DNA of 64,000 nucleotides from Lytechinus pictus (lineage: Eukaryota). A program made the translations under genes and the position numbers. Location: the NCBI RefSeq assembly GCF_037042905.1, contig NC_087250.1:26228001-26292000 (forward strand), given 5' to 3'. Below the pieces are notes generated by a model. It was given only the letters and a program-made list of their open reading frames with translations, had not been told where the DNA came from and did not search any database. Below, piece by piece: positions 27,302-40,860 of the stretch; positions within the stretch are counted from its first letter, which is position 1; every line of letters begins with the position of its first letter.

Positions 27302-27783
27302 AGGGAAATTCGCCCGGAAGAAAAGTGATTGAAAAGTGAAAAATGATTACAAATAATAGTGAAGGTTGGGGGAAAAGTATTTAACCTTGGAAATTCCAAA
27401 GTTTGAATTTGTGACGTCATAAACGAGCAGGAGCCCCATATGCTATGTTATATGAAATAAATAATTTCAATTAAATGGTAATAATGAATTATGTTTTTGG
27501 TTTTCTTCTTAGGAACGGTCTAAAATGAGTTGTTTGTTGATATTCTAAAGGGTACAGTAAAAGTAAAAGTTCAATTTTCTGAGAAAATGGCATTTAATTT
27601 ATGTTTTGGGCCATACGATGTGTAGCCAGGCAGCTCGCATATGACGTCACAAATCATATAATTGAAATTCTAATAACTATTTACTCTTTGATGGATTTTT
27701 CTCTAACCTTCAGTAACCTTTTTTTTTCATTTTTAATCTTGTGTTAGTTTTTACAATAAACTTTTGTCTTGGTGAACCTCCCT
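27302..27783. mobile_element. Kolobok-like non-autonomous DNA element (degenerate)
   Basis: AGGGAAATTCGCCC...GGTGAACCTCCCT termini; internal inverted GTGACGTCAT/ATGACGTCAC; a related copy lies at ~50475-50925. Confidence 0.55.
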
Positions 27784-28202
27784 TTCAACTATGCCGGGGA
27801 TTAAAAATTTCGTGATGAATTAAAAAAAAAATTTGAAAAAAACATTCTTATTTTGTACCATTACTTTAAATTAAACATCTTATTAAGGGTTATAAAAAGT
27901 TTTCTAATAGGATTGATGTTAAAAAAAAAAAAAAAACTTTAAACCTGCAAACGGAGGTCTCGACATAAAATCCCCCTCAAATAAAAATATAATAAAAAAA
28001 TCAGCAAACATGCAAAACAAAAATGTTTATTGATCGTAACTATTCTCAATTTAATATCATTGCAAGTCTGTCCTAACGCGCTGCATATCATACAGAGAGG
28101 GAGAAAGAGAGGGGGGGGGGGACTTATTGGTCAACTCAATATGAATTTTTTTTTTCAAAGTTCCATTCTATTTCTTTTTTAACACGTAGGATATCACCAG
28201 GA

Positions 28203-30146
28203 ATGCTAACTAAAATGGCCACCAACGACAAAGACGTCCGACTTCAGGTACCTTTTTGTCCACTCTGTCTCGAAAGTTTCAACAAGGCAACCCTCCTCAA
28301 CTGTGGCCATACATTCTGCATGAACTGCTTGGAGGTGTACGATGACAAGAATCGCCATCTTGACCACATGGTATGTCCTGTATGCAAGGAGTGTACTAAT
28401 CTTGGGGCCGAGCGGGTTGCAGAACTCGCTCCTAACTACCTGGCCAGGAATCTGGAGGAAGATTTGCACTTGTTGACAGAGACTCTCTCGCCGAACGTTT
28501 GCTTAGAACACGGTAGGATTTTCAGGGATATCTTCTGTGAAGAATGTCAGGAATTTGTTTGCCTCTATTGCTTCATGGACTGCCATCAGGGACATGCCAT
28601 CAACAAGAAAGAGGAGTTAGATAGAGAATTTGAAGACAGGGAAAGGGCTCTTGTTCGTCAAAGCGATACCAGGAAGTCCCAGATGGAAAAGGCCATCAAT
28701 AGTACTGAGCAACACAACAACAAAATATCTTCTCATCTGAATGCTTTGGAATCACAGATTAGGGACCAGTTTGAACAAAAGAGAGCCATACTCCTGAAGA
28801 ATGAAACATTGCTCTTGGACACTGTAAATGAACATAGATCAGCATTAAACAAGGAATGTGATAACTGGGTTGATCACAACAAGCGGCTAATAGACAAGAT
28901 AAACAGCTCGTTGTCGGTGATACGACGTAAAGCGACTCGCTTTGTTGATTTAAGCACCCTTGAAGCCCATAACCTACTTTGTGGTAACCTAGAGAACCTA
29001 CTAGTAGAAAGTGTTGAAGGAACATCTTTGAGTGATGTTGGTCAAGAGATCAGGATAATACATTTTTGTCCAGCAGATGACAAACTTCTCGAGCTTGGTC
29101 ATCTGGTTTTCAGGGAAGTCAATTACTCAGCTAGTAAGGTCCACGCTGAAAATCAGTGTAGTGAAGAAGACGATAGTACCTCCTCAAAAGAATGTAATCA
29201 AGAAGATGAAAGTAGCACCTCAACTGTTATTGAAGCTGAAGCTCCTGCAGAATGTAGCATCGAAAGTCGCGACAATGCCATCGCTAACGGGGAATCAAGT
29301 GATGCCCAAGCGGTTGTACTGCCCTTACCAGCCCAGATAATGAGAACCTACACACTGAGTATTGCAAGAAAGATAGATTTAGCAGGGTACATGCGAGGCA
29401 TTGCTGCCCTTTCCCCTGATTCTGTCGTGGTCTGTTATGGATTGAACCGAAACGGTGCAGATCGTTTTTCGGTGTCTGGAGAAAAGAAACAATATTTGAA
29501 GGGTAAAGTCGGGCAGGTCTGGGATATTGCCTTCTTAGGCGATGGGAGGTCCGTCGTTTCGCATGGTGCTCAAGCTTGTAAGGTGTACGACGTCAACAAT
29601 ACATTCACCGGTCTTCAATATACCCGCAAGGAAGGCAATAACTACTTCAGCTTATGCAGTGACCGCAACGGGAAGATCTACGCAGTCAATAACAATCCGG
29701 AGATCTACATCTTCGAAGGCACAACTGCTAACCCTCAGCAAATCGTGTCGACGGGGAACATTAAGCCAGAACACATCTGTATCACCAGATCCGGGTGGAT
29801 GATCACTACCACGTGTTGCATCACACCAAGTCGGATCAACCTCTACGATAGGCAAGGCCATGTTGGTATCTCGCTTACTGCAAGTGATAACCATGAATAT
29901 CTGTATGCTGCTGTGGATAGCGAGGAGAGGGTACTGGTGGCGAGAGTTCATGAGAGATCGACCGCGTTCAAGCTGGCGCTGTACAGAATCCAAGAAACAA
30001 GACTCGTAGAGGAAAAGGCGTTTGCTCCAATCAAACTCCCGCGACAAATCAAATGCAAATGGTGTTACATGGTAAGTCTCACACCAAACATGCTCGCGTT
30101 TGCCACGTTGGATCATCACTTGTATTTTATTGAGCTTCTGATGTAG
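28203..30146 (+). CDS. TRIM-family E3 ubiquitin ligase (RING, B-box, coiled coil, acidic linker, NHL/beta-propeller-like C-terminus), single coding exon, 647 aa
   Basis: C3HC4 RING CPLC..CGHTFCMNC..CPVC; B-box CLEH..FCEECQEFVCLYC..HQGH; helical Q/E/L-rich segment; beta-rich repeats (GIAAL, WDIAF, YAAVD). Pyrimidine tract + AG at 28188-28189 implies an upstream non-coding exon; second ATG at 28215 has better context. Confidence 0.92.
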   Translation: MLTKMATNDKDVRLQVPFCPLCLESFNKATLLNCGHTFCMNCLEVYDDKNRHLDHMVCPVCKECTNLGAERVAELAPNYLARNLEEDLHLLTETLSPNVCLEHGRIFRDIFCEECQEFVCLYCFMDCHQGHAINKKEELDREFEDRERALVRQSDTRKSQMEKAINSTEQHNNKISSHLNALESQIRDQFEQKRAILLKNETLLLDTVNEHRSALNKECDNWVDHNKRLIDKINSSLSVIRRKATRFVDLSTLEAHNLLCGNLENLLVESVEGTSLSDVGQEIRIIHFCPADDKLLELGHLVFREVNYSASKVHAENQCSEEDDSTSSKECNQEDESSTSTVIEAEAPAECSIESRDNAIANGESSDAQAVVLPLPAQIMRTYTLSIARKIDLAGYMRGIAALSPDSVVVCYGLNRNGADRFSVSGEKKQYLKGKVGQVWDIAFLGDGRSVVSHGAQACKVYDVNNTFTGLQYTRKEGNNYFSLCSDRNGKIYAVNNNPEIYIFEGTTANPQQIVSTGNIKPEHICITRSGWMITTTCCITPSRINLYDRQGHVGISLTASDNHEYLYAAVDSEERVLVARVHERSTAFKLALYRIQETRLVEEKAFAPIKLPRQIKCKWCYMVSLTPNMLAFATLDHHLYFIELLM

Positions 30147-33100
30147 TTGAGCTCTCTTCATGCTCGAACTTTATATGGATGAAAGCTTGTTAATCTTCAT
30201 AGATAAGTATAATCTAAATTATGCGCAAGACGAAGAAGGATTTGTGAAGCGCTGACTTTATTTCTCAAAATCTTGGAAGGAATTAATTATAAAGGGCTTT
30301 GGGAATTCGGATTTTTGTATCGGAAGTTTGCATAAATCTTGAGGTGAATCGGGTTAACATGGCTTGTGCTTTCGCAACCGTCTACCCACAAAGCCAACAG
30401 TAGATTGACAGGAAAGCTTATCTTTAAAATTATTTGATCCTGAAATAATACAAATTAGGATATATATCATAGCTGAAGGAACAATTATACTTCTTCATAC
30501 TTATTAAGGATTTTAAGTATTACATTTAATACGGTAAAAAAAATCATGGCCATTTTTTTCAGACTACTTGGAAGTTTTACCAAGATCTCAGATGTACAAT
30601 TTTATGCTCGAGTGAACCCAGCACGCCTAACCACTTTTTGACGTTCTTCGAAACTCTCACTGAATTCTATCTTCATTTTGATGATGTACTTATGAGGCTA
30701 ATTATTGACCAATTAAAATTTTTATGATTTTGAAGCACGCGATTTGCTTTTTTAAACCCAATACACACGGTACGAGTCTCAATATTCTCCTTGTGCGTTT
30801 AATTGTTGGTTTTGGGGTGGTGGGTAAATCACGACGAGTGGGAGCTTATATACTGTAGATGAGACTGTTACCAAAAAAATATTGCAAGTCTTCTCGTAAT
30901 GAGAGCCCTCACCTAAAACACGTTAGCGTCACAAATTTAGTTATTTTTTCAGATCCTCTTTTAACGGTTAGGAAAGCGTTTGGGACGGATCTGAATTGTT
31001 AGTCAGTCATTTATCGTCATGTATATCAATGCATAACAACACATAAATGCGATAACTTAGCTGGCAATTTATTTTATTCAGTCGAACTAAGCCCAATCTG
31101 CATTTAACACATGCAATCATACACCTCGATTTCCAACTCGTTTCCCCCTCTTGCATGTCTATATCTGTTTCTCTCACTTCCTTTAGTTGACCTCTCCTCC
31201 ACCACCCCCCCCCCTCCCCCTCTCTCTCTGTCTATACAACCCAGTCACCCAATAGTATGAGAGACAATTACTTTAAGATTAGACACTTGCCAAGAAATTC
31301 AACAGGTAAAGTAATAAATAAATATCTTAATATGAATGCTTGTTTACAAACGGATTGGAAAACATGTTTTGTATCTCTTGTCTAAAACGATATGTTCAAT
31401 AATATTCGATATTTAAGACATATATTTCATCTTTATGGAACAAGAGTTTGGACTTTACAACGAGAGGAAAATACACTAGCTCGATTACAATCGGATGATA
31501 TTGTACAAACGTTTCCGCAACTTAGTAAATTCTGGAGTTACCCTTTTTATGGGGTTCTCTGAAATAATTAGATAGACAGGTGGGGTGTTTTTATTGCTTG
31601 TTTATGTATTTATTTGAATTCTAAGAGCATGGAGCTGTGAAAGTATGATATCGATAACCCATGGTTTAAAAATATTAGTTCATTAAGAAAATAAATGTTT
31701 ACCATGTTTACATGCATGCCATATGTATATTACTATTACAAAAGGCATATGGATAATTGTGCAATTCCATCTAATATTACGAACCATTTTACTTCAATTT
31801 GCCTGGAGCTAACAGGATAAGTGATGTTAAATCAGACATAAATTTTGGAATACCCAATTGTTTACACAAAATGTACAAAATGATACATTCATATCTTTTG
31901 GACCAAATCTACCTTACAACAAAATTGGAGTCACATTCGAATACTATCACAATAATGCATAAACATTAGTCTAGATATAAATGATACATCACGCCCCTCT
32001 ATATACTAGAATATAGTGTTAAAGTGACAACACTTAATGTGAATGGATAGGCATAGTTCTTTGTATTGTTGGTTGGTTTGTTGGCTTTAGAGATGATGGC
32101 GCTATTCCATCGACGTGATCGATATCTACAGTGATATACGCCAGGCTACGTGATTTCACCCTCCCCTGTACAGCTCTCATCATTCGATTCTGCTATTTAA
32201 TTGCACTCTGTGTTATAGATAAATTCACCTGGAAAAGGCGTAGTGCAATACTTAAATGATTCACCGTTTTCTTGTGATAACATTGGTTGTTAGTTTTGAC
32301 AGGTAGTACTTGTATTTGCCCTTTTCCCTTCATTGACCAGAGTGACAGTAATTTTGTTGTAATTATGTGCCTTTCGAATTCAAGCGTTCCTTACATAAAT
32401 TATATTCTCCATATCTTCGATTGAACACCTGAGTAAAAAAGGCCAAAGTCTAAAAGAAGTCATTTCGAGAAAATCGGAAATAAATGATATTATTTTTTGG
32501 GGGGGTAATTGAAGTATATGATTGGCCAATATAAATCAGAGAACATCATTAAACAAATATAAGTGTATTTTCTATGAACATTAATATTCACGTTACTTGT
32601 GGGCGGGGGCCTTTTGTCTGTTGGACTTGGGTCGTTTATATAATCATATGGACTTGGGTCATTATTATATTCATATACATGGTAGACTTATGTAGTTAGT
32701 ACAAGAAATGAGAGAGGGCGCTATAATATAAATGTAAGAAAAACCCAAGTCCTAGACTTGGGCTTTTCTTACACTCATACCAGATATTCCTACTTTATTT
32801 AAGGCATTACTGAGATGATTTCAGATTTATCATTTAAACACAACATGAGTCATTGTATAAGGAACAATTTCCCATATTAAACTCAATTTCGCAAAAAAAT
32901 AAATGGACTTGGGCCGTTTTATATTCAAATACTCAATTAAAAAGAAGAAAGAAGTAAATCATGGTATTTGCAAGAATACCTCCATGGAATCTCCAGAAAT
33001 ATATTTGTTTTATTTACATAATTACATATCATACTACAAGGTATGTATATGCATTACTTGTCCAATATATAGCTAGGCCTGAAAATAAATTCATATGACT

Positions 33101-33565
33101 ACAAATTAATGTAAGTAGCCAGCCGGAGGCAGTAGCGTCAATTTAATGTAACGCGTTGACCGGCGGAATCACGTAATTAGTTCTTCGCGCGTTGAAATCA
33201 ACCAAGTATGTACGTTATTACACGCAAATCACATAACCCGTTGTTTATTTAGGGCGGCTACTGTCGGGTACGCCCAAAAGGCGGCAAACACTCTCTTCCT
33301 TTTTAGCATTGACGAACTTCAAGTGTTTATTCCGATCAAGTTTACTTTTTGGACCGGTGGCAGACAAACTCTTTAACCCCCCCCCCAAAAAAAAAAAAAA
33401 AAAAAAAAAGATTCCCCAAGAATCGGGGGAAGGGAAACTCCACCCACCCCCCGTGATCGCCGCCTACGGCAGGGCGTGTGATAATCAATGTGTTAAGACG
33501 TTTTTTATAGGCGTGATACTTCTATGGTTGCTAAAATGATATCATTGAGCTATGTTTTCCCCTTC

Positions 33566-33706
33566 CTAGATGGCATTCGTGGCATCTGTGGTTGGTCCAG
33601 CATGTCCATTAATGGATTCGTTGTCTTGATCATCAACATGATCCAACTCATCTTTTTTGGTGTAGACCTTTCTCATTTCTTCCTGAACGACTGGTAATTT
33701 ATCATC
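33566..33706 (-). CDS. SLC5A-like exon 15 (terminal)
   Basis: cag|DDKLPVVQEEMRK..PTTDATNAI*; phase matches exon 14; 141 nt. Confidence 0.75.
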   Translation of the reverse strand, partial: DDKLPVVQEEMRKVYTKKDELDHVDDQDNESINGHAGPTTDATNAI

Positions 33707-33888
33707 CTGCGTATGGAAATAGAGATACCACATTCATTTTAAATGGCAAAAGTGACAAAGAGCATTTGACTTCGTTAAGAGGAAGGGGAGTGGCAGAAGT
33801 GACCATTTTATTCATGTAATTGCAGGATGTCGTCCCTAAGGTAACTTTATACAACACACACATATTATGTTAATATGGGTATCCTTAA

Positions 33889-34279
33889 AGGCGACCGCAC
33901 ACCTTATACGATTGGTCTGCGACCCGATTTCAGAATAAAATGTAGTAGAATTTGATGTTAATATTGAGACTTGGAATATCTTACTGTGTAACGTTTTAAA
34001 TCATTGTACGAATTCCTATGTTCAAATCTGTGACTATACTATCATCCTTCTTAAAAATAAAAGCGAGTTTAATATATAGTCGTAATGACGTCATAGCACA
34101 CGTACGATTGGCTACGATTTGAAACTAATTTGGCCTTTACTCCAAAATGAAGGCTTGCAATCTTTCGAAATGGTCATATTAGTAGGCCCTATTCTTTCAA
34201 TTAATTTAAACCTCAAATAAAATTATATGGTCCATTCACAAAATCGGATCGCGAACAGTCGTAAGGTGTGCGGTGGCCT
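33889..34279. mobile_element. Harbinger-like MITE, copy 1
   Basis: TIR AGGCGACCGCACACCTTACGA / TCGTAAGGTGTGCGGTGGCCT; second copy at 49727-50129. Confidence 0.85.
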
Positions 34280-34571
34280 TAGGAGCTGATTCCATGAATG
34301 TGCGTCACGTGATATTCAGAGGAATCAGCTGTAGCAAGCCAACACATCAACCATGCAATAGACAGACTCGAGTTAAAGAGTCAGCGGTGCAGTAGATCCC
34401 AATCTCAATGGCGATACCTCCCCACACGCCAACGTGAATATGCAGCCACCACATACAAAAATCCCCCCTAACCTTCAAATCCACACAAGATATCAGCGTG
34501 AAGTTATACCCTTGTGCAAAAATAGTGCAAATGGAAAAAAAATGAAGAACTGATGAAAAAATAAATCATAC

Positions 34572-34699
34572 CTCTTCATAGTTAATCTCGTCAATACCAC
34601 ACCGCATGCGCCGTTTGAGACTTCCGGGGAAACAACAGAAGAGGGCGTCTGTCAAGTGATTCTTCAGGCGATTATCAATCAAATCAGGATCTTGGAAAC
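34572..34699 (-). CDS. SLC5A-like exon 14
   Basis: GFQDPDLIDNRLKNHLTDALFCCFPGSLKRRMRCGIDEINYEE; 128 nt. Confidence 0.85.
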
Positions 34700-34799
34700 C
34701 TTCCGACATGCAAAAGATTAAAATAATGTTAATTCAGTAAAATATCTGAACATGTAGGTTTTGAGTAATTGGAAATTCATTTGCACGTGGTTTACCATG

Positions 34800-35235
34800 T
34801 GGGTGTCGTGGTCTAGTGGTTACGACTCTTGTCTTTAAATGTGTTGGATGTGGGTTCGATTTCCAACCACGGCGTGCGTTCTTCAGCAGGGGCCGCGGAA
34901 GCGGGGGAGGGGGGGGGAGGGGCTTCAGCCCCCCATTTTTTTCCAAAACCGTGTACAAAAACGTAAAAATGACCCTATGATTGTGATTTTTGCATGGTCA
35001 GCCCCCCCCCCCCCCACTTTGAAAACCGTTCCGCGGCCCCTGTTCAGTAAGAAATGTATCCACATTGTGCTGCAGTCAACCCAGGCGAGGTGAATGAGTA
35101 TCCGATAGGAAGAAATTCCTTGAATGCTTGATCGCCTGTATGACGGCTCTGCGACAGCCGTAGTAATCATGGTAATATTGATTATGATACCAAATGTAAA
35201 GTGCAGTAGCTTGATATAGTATCTGCGCTTAATAA
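34800..35235 (+). mobile_element. tRNA-derived SINE interrupted by a small CAGGGG-ended MITE (34887-35042)
   Basis: A box TGGTCTAGTGG, B box GGTTCGATT; core ATCCACA.TGTGCTGCA.TCAACCCAGG shared with the 51415 copy; insert TIR CAGGGGCCGCGGAA, with TTCAG duplicated. Confidence 0.8.
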
Positions 35236-35317
35236 ATGGTCCATATTATAATAAGTATCTTTATTCTTCTTATTATTATTGTCTTTATTATTATTATTAT
35301 TTCATTATTATTTTTAC

Positions 35318-35418
35318 CTGTTAGATAACTGACGATCATTGCTGTGATTATACACACAATGCTTCCGATAAGTCCATAGTAAAGAAATGAAATATGATAC
35401 AAGTTGGTAATTGCTGGC
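35318..35418 (-). CDS. SLC5A-like exon 13
   Basis: PAITNLYHISFLYYGLIGSIVCIITAMIVSYLT; 101 nt. Confidence 0.92.
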
Positions 35419-35980
35419 CTGGGAATAGAGAGAGAATTATTGTTTATTGAATATTACAAACGCAATGGACTTAAGCATGTACTCCGCCCAAGATAATACA
35501 TTCATGGAGGGATGAGAGAAGACATACTTTCAAAGAATACAAAAGTGCCCAGTCAACATGCTTAAAATGTGCAAAAGGTGCTAAACATGCTAAAGCGGGG
35601 GATTTCGTCGTTCATTCGACTAGGTTATAGTTTAACCCCCCCCCCCACGCACAAAGATGTGTACACACACACACAAACATACAGTTCTCATACCAGAATT
35701 TACTAATTCATAACACATTCAGTGACACCTGTTCTTAGTGACCACCAGATGAAAACACAAAATGAGGCCTTTATAGCAAGGTGGCTGCTATAGACAGGTT
35801 CGTATACACACACTCTGCCTCCATGGAATCAGTTTTAGTGGTCACTATAGGCAGGTGGCCACTTCCACATGTTTGACTGTACATTAGTGAAAATTGCATT
35901 AAAAAACAAATGAGATGCATTAGTCACAACTCCTTTGGAAGACTTAAAAAAAAACAGGAGTTAAAACTCGCCGTACTTAC

Positions 35981-36192
35981 AATTCCTCAGAGATGGTTTC
36001 CTGGGTTGAGCCTGGGAGTGTTGCCGTAGTCCATTCTGTGGTTGGGATGGTGTAGGTCGTGTATGTGCCATTGGGTACTGGACAACCTTCAACCGATAAA
36101 GGCAGTTGCCCCCTTGATGAGGGGTATATGATTGATCCTACCTTGATCCAGACCATGACAATGAAACTGGCTACGAACCCAGCAACAGCCCC
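35981..36192 (-). CDS. SLC5A-like exon 12
   Basis: GAVAGFVASFIVMVWIKVGSIIYP..LPLSVEGCPVPNGT.. followed by a Thr-rich loop; 212 nt. Confidence 0.92.
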
Positions 36193-37413
36193 CTGGAAAT
36201 ACGTAAAATAAGTAATGGTTCTTCTCTTAGTTCTTTTAAACCTGGTTATCGGTGGAGCGTAGGATCAGTCATAATGGTTATAGTCGCGTGCATTTGAGTG
36301 TCCGAAAGTCCACACACACAGCTTCAACACAGGGAACAGTCGTTTTGATGAACGTAATATTGCAGATATCCGGTTATGTCTTTATAACTGATAATAATCT
36401 CACACCAGATTGATAATAGTATGAACATTTTTATCCAGTTCCATTAATTTGATGTAAATATTATTACAATTAATTCACTTGTTATGTCTCGCTGTTCATT
36501 TGAAAGTGTCAATGTTCACAACTCTTGCTATGGCAAACGGTCTGAAATCACCCATATTTTCGAGACGCTGGCACCTTTGTTTTCCCACTGGAATATCCTT
36601 AAGGGTAAAAAAGGTCGAGATTGATTGTCATCTCAATGCTAAATATATTACCTACAGTTTGATGTTTGATACTTTATGACTGGTATAATGGTTACATCTC
36701 ATTTTTCTCCCAAACTTTGAGATCGAGCAGCCAGAACATGGCATATTTCTGTGTACAACGTCACGTGACTAACGTATTGGGAATTTTAGGCTAGCATCGT
36801 CTGCTACGTAAACCGAATTAGCGAACATGACCGAAACTAACCATTATGAAAAAAAAACACGTGGCCCCTAAACAATTAAAGGGGGTCAAATAAGATTAAA
36901 TAACAACTTTAATTACTCGTTCGATCAAAATAAAATGTCACTTGACATGCCAACGACCTATGAACAGAGCCTGCTGACATCGGGGGGGGGGGGGGTCATG
37001 AAAGGTGAAGTTGTCTTCCTCCGACCATAGCGACAGCCAGAGCTTCTGAGCCAATCAAAACTGAGAATTTCACAAAAATTGTCAGCGATGACCTTTTAAT
37101 CAGTGCTGAAAACTTTCGTTTTTGAAGTACCAGTCAGTTGTTCTCAGCGGAACTCTATACAACTTGCAAGCTTTCGATTCTCATCGATCAATGTAAAAAT
37201 AAACCAAAAAAAAAATAGATCGGAGATGGTTGAAATATTAAGGAATTACTAACTCTGGAACGGACGACAAAAGCTCCCACCAAAAGTAACTTCACAGCGC
37301 ATCCTAAAAAGAGTTGTCGCTTTAATTTTTTATCACTTTGTATTGGCTAAAACAAGGAAGGGGAATCCCAAGAAAATAATTTATTGCAACAAAAAAATGT
37401 AGCTTATACGAAC

Positions 37414-37500
37414 CTTTGAATTACAACGATGTACGAATACAGCTAAGATAAAGACACCTAGGAACCCGCCAGAGATCACCCCGACAATGCTGACGGTAAA
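37414..37500 (-). CDS. SLC5A-like exon 11
   Basis: FTVSIVGVISGGFLGVFILAVFVHRCNSK; 87 nt. Confidence 0.9.
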
Positions 37501-37695
37501 CTGAAAAAAAAAAACACAGACACAAACAAATTCCATGCTTATGGCGGGCGTACGACGGATGTAAATATCTGAATTCGAGAAATTTTATGCGGCGGCCGCA
37601 ATGTCGACATACGGCGGATTCATTTTTTTTACAGGCCGTCGGGGTGGCAGAAAATTTATAACGCGGAGTTCTAACATTTCTTTTATATTTCTATG

Positions 37696-38295
37696 CAGTG
37701 GCGTACCGTGGGTCACAGCATTGGGGGGCACCAGCAAAAATATTGCGAGCGCGAAGCGCGAGCTGAAAATTTTTGATATTCAGATCAGAAAAAGGGACAT
37801 TTTAAGGACTGATTTTAGGAATTCACGGAGAGCAGACATATCTCACCAATCCACTGATGCGAACGTAATCACGGACAGGAAATATTTTATATTAAGACCT
37901 TAACATGGGGCAATCATTTTAAGTAGTCATGAAAAAGAAGCATATGTCACTGCATAAAACAATAATATATTTGGTTTATATTGACTTGAAACGGGAGTTT
38001 TTCGTACAACATGTTTATATATCTCTTTAAACAGACAATGCGAGCACCAGGAACAATGACATCATAGGCCCTGAGCAAATAAAGTTTCATAAAGTTAGGA
38101 TAAAAAAATTTCTATGTAACATAACATGATTATAATATAATATACCATTATAATTAATAATAATTTATTCTTTCCCACTACGTTCCTCTTCCTTTCTCCC
38201 TCTTTTTCTCCTCTTTTTTATTTTTTTTTATTTTTTTGTCAGCCGATTTGGGGGGGGGGGGGCACGTGCCCCCCCCCCCCGTAGTTACGCCACTG
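37696..38295. mobile_element. hAT-type non-autonomous element, 600 bp
   Basis: TIR CAGTGGCGTA/TACGCCACTG; perfect 8-bp TSD TTTCTATG. Confidence 0.9.
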
Positions 38296-38391
38296 TTTCT
38301 ATGCTTGTCGTAGTAATTAGACCATCCGTAGCCATGGCGTAGAACAGATCACGGTGGCAGTCCGTCGAGCGCACGGTGACCATTCGGCTGC

Positions 38392-38555
38392 CCAGGGGAG
38401 TGTTTCATCAAGATTTTTGTCCGACAAGTCGTCAGATCTGACAACTTTCCTTGATTCTGATTGGCTGTGAGACAGTTTTACTATGGTAACTGTCGTATAA
38501 AATAAGATTTGTCGGATAAAACGTCTGACAAGTCCTTCATGAAACAGTCCCCTGG
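38392..38555. mobile_element. Short MITE with CCAGGGG termini
   Basis: CCAGGGGAGTGTTTCAT...ATGAAACAGTCCCCTGG; related internal fragments (GCCAATCA..ATCAAG) at ~9415, ~11085, ~22190, ~37050. Confidence 0.75.
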
Positions 38556-39485
38556 ACTCGAATGGTTTCATGGATGAATCAGTGTGAATAGATTCGAATT
38601 ACCCTAATCAAGTAAAATACATGAATATCATGTTTAGATATTCTATAACCCATTTGTAGGTGACTGTAAAACAGTACATCCATTTATTTTGTGCATTATA
38701 ACTCCCTATGAAATCTTTTACTACAATTTCATTAGAAAATGGGGTAAAATAAACTTAAAATAAACATAAAAATCTCACTTCACTCTGAGGAGTCCACGTC
38801 CTGGACGATTTTTATTGATTGGGCAAACCCAGTCGGACCGTACCCCGCGCGCACACATAACCAACACACACACCCTCCACTGATTCACTTACCCCCAGTG
38901 ATTTACCTAACCCAGTGATTCACCTTACCCACTGATTCACTTTCCCGACTATTCAGGGGGTGTGTGTACATGTATGCGTGTTATGTGGATGTAGTGTGTT
39001 ATGTGTTTGGTAGTCGTATCGTACCAACTAACAACAGTCCAGGAGGTGGACTTCTCTGAGAAGAGCTAGTGTGATTATGAAATTAGATTAGCTCTTTTGC
39101 ATTTAGAGAGTACGTCGTAAATTTAAAGGTGTGGCCTATTGTGTACGGTTTGCAGCGTTTATTTACTTTATCACGTCACGGTACGCTATTACGTTTTGTG
39201 CACATTCGTAACCCCCCACCCTTTAATCAACGAAGTATTGGGTTATATAACCCAACTAATCGGTTAAATTCTACAAGCAAAATAAGAATCACAACCTAAC
39301 GTTAACCAGATGAATGTAAATTGGCATTGAGAACAGACTATCACCTTCGCACGAGTCGGTATATTAGACACGTTAGATTAGATGACGCATTTTTGTACGA
39401 AAGTACTCAAAACGTGATAGCACACCATGATGTGAAAATGTGAGTAGGCCTAAACGTTGCAAGCCTATTAGTACTTTCTCCAAAC

Positions 39486-39556
39486 CTGTAAGATTCCGGA
39501 CTGCATGAAACTAATACAAAATGAAAAGCCAATCGCCAACATGCCGTACACAAGAG
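39486..39556 (-). CDS. SLC5A-like exon 10
   Basis: ALVYGMLAIGFSFCISFMQSGILQ; 71 nt. Confidence 0.9.
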
Positions 39557-39899
39557 CTGTAATACAACAGAGAAACAATATGTATTTTAAAACTTTGTAT
39601 CTGGCTGTGCAAGAGTATTTAGCATTATTTAATGAGAAAGTCTTTAAAATCAAGGTTTAAATGCCAACATATTTTCCCCTCTAAACGAGGGGTTTATTTT
39701 AAGGGTTGTTTAATTCCTGGTTAGAATAATATGCACAGTATATCACTAATAAAAACATTTGGCACGATATTCATAAGGACAAGCAAATTTAATTTATAAT
39801 TGAGTTGGAAACTGCATTACCAGTGGTATTCCTTTTTTTTTGCGCCTTTAATATATATCATCTTTATTCGCCAAATAATATACATGTAACATATATGTG

Positions 39900-40860
39900 G
39901 CACTTCTATAAAAAGAGAGAAAAAAATTGTACACAATAAATCACAATTAATAAAATATAGGGAGAGAAGATAGATTAAATTGAAGCTAAGAAATACATAG
40001 GAATTCAATCAACTGACCCACTTCTTCCCTTGTTAACGTGTTGCAGATACTTTCCTGATCTCCTACTGCTATCAGTTCTTTCAGAACATTCACATCCAGT
40101 TCTCTACAAGCCGGGACATCACAGTCCTTACTCTTATTACATTTACTGAGAAAATATTGCACCTCATTTAAATTATCACAAAAAGTTGAAAAAGGGTTCA
40201 TTTTGGCATATTTCAAAACCATTCTTATGAATCTCGCTCCAGTCTTTACAATTATGTTATTAAACTTTTGAAATCTATATCTTAAAGCATTCTCAAGAGG
40301 TTGACAATCAGACAGTAAAGCTACCAGATCACAATGAGTCATATTATTAATTCTCCAAAATTTTCTCAGAGCTTTCCTCCAACAGGTGCATTTGTTCAAT
40401 ACAGCTTTACTTCTTAATTGCCACAAGCATGCTCCATAGAAACTACAACAATATTGTTTAAATTATAAACACTGCACTGATTATTTAATATGACCAAAAT
40501 CAGATCTGAGAATATTGAAACTTTTCCAGAATTTAGCAGTAGCTGATGAAACCAAGCTATTCTTGTCAATAGATGAAATATGGTGACCTAAGTGAACCCC
40601 ACTATTGATATTTGACACATTGGTATCATTAATAACAACATAATATTCCCTTGAATTGTTGTCGCCACCAGTTGGAAAGACAAGAAATTGACTTTTAGAT
40701 CCATTGAAAGTATTATCAAAATCTGTGGCAAAGTTCTCACATATTTTTATCATGGTTTGTAAACCTTTCTTTGTTGGTGACATAAGAGTGATATCATCAG
40801 CATATGCTAAGTATCCCGCAAAATAATGACCAATTCTACAACCAATTATTCCCAAAATTT
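39900..40860 (-). mobile_element. Degenerate 5'-truncated LINE RT fragment (RTE-X-like)
   Basis: GCRIGHYFAGYLAYADDITLMSP..LQTMIKICENFA..FNGSKS, continuing through two in-frame stops into FKQYCCSFYGACLW..WRKALRKFW. Confidence 0.8.

Noticed and set aside
29652..30161. 169-aa antisense ORF and other small ORFs overlapping TRIM
   Set aside because: Shadow frames of a real CDS; no recognisable motifs.
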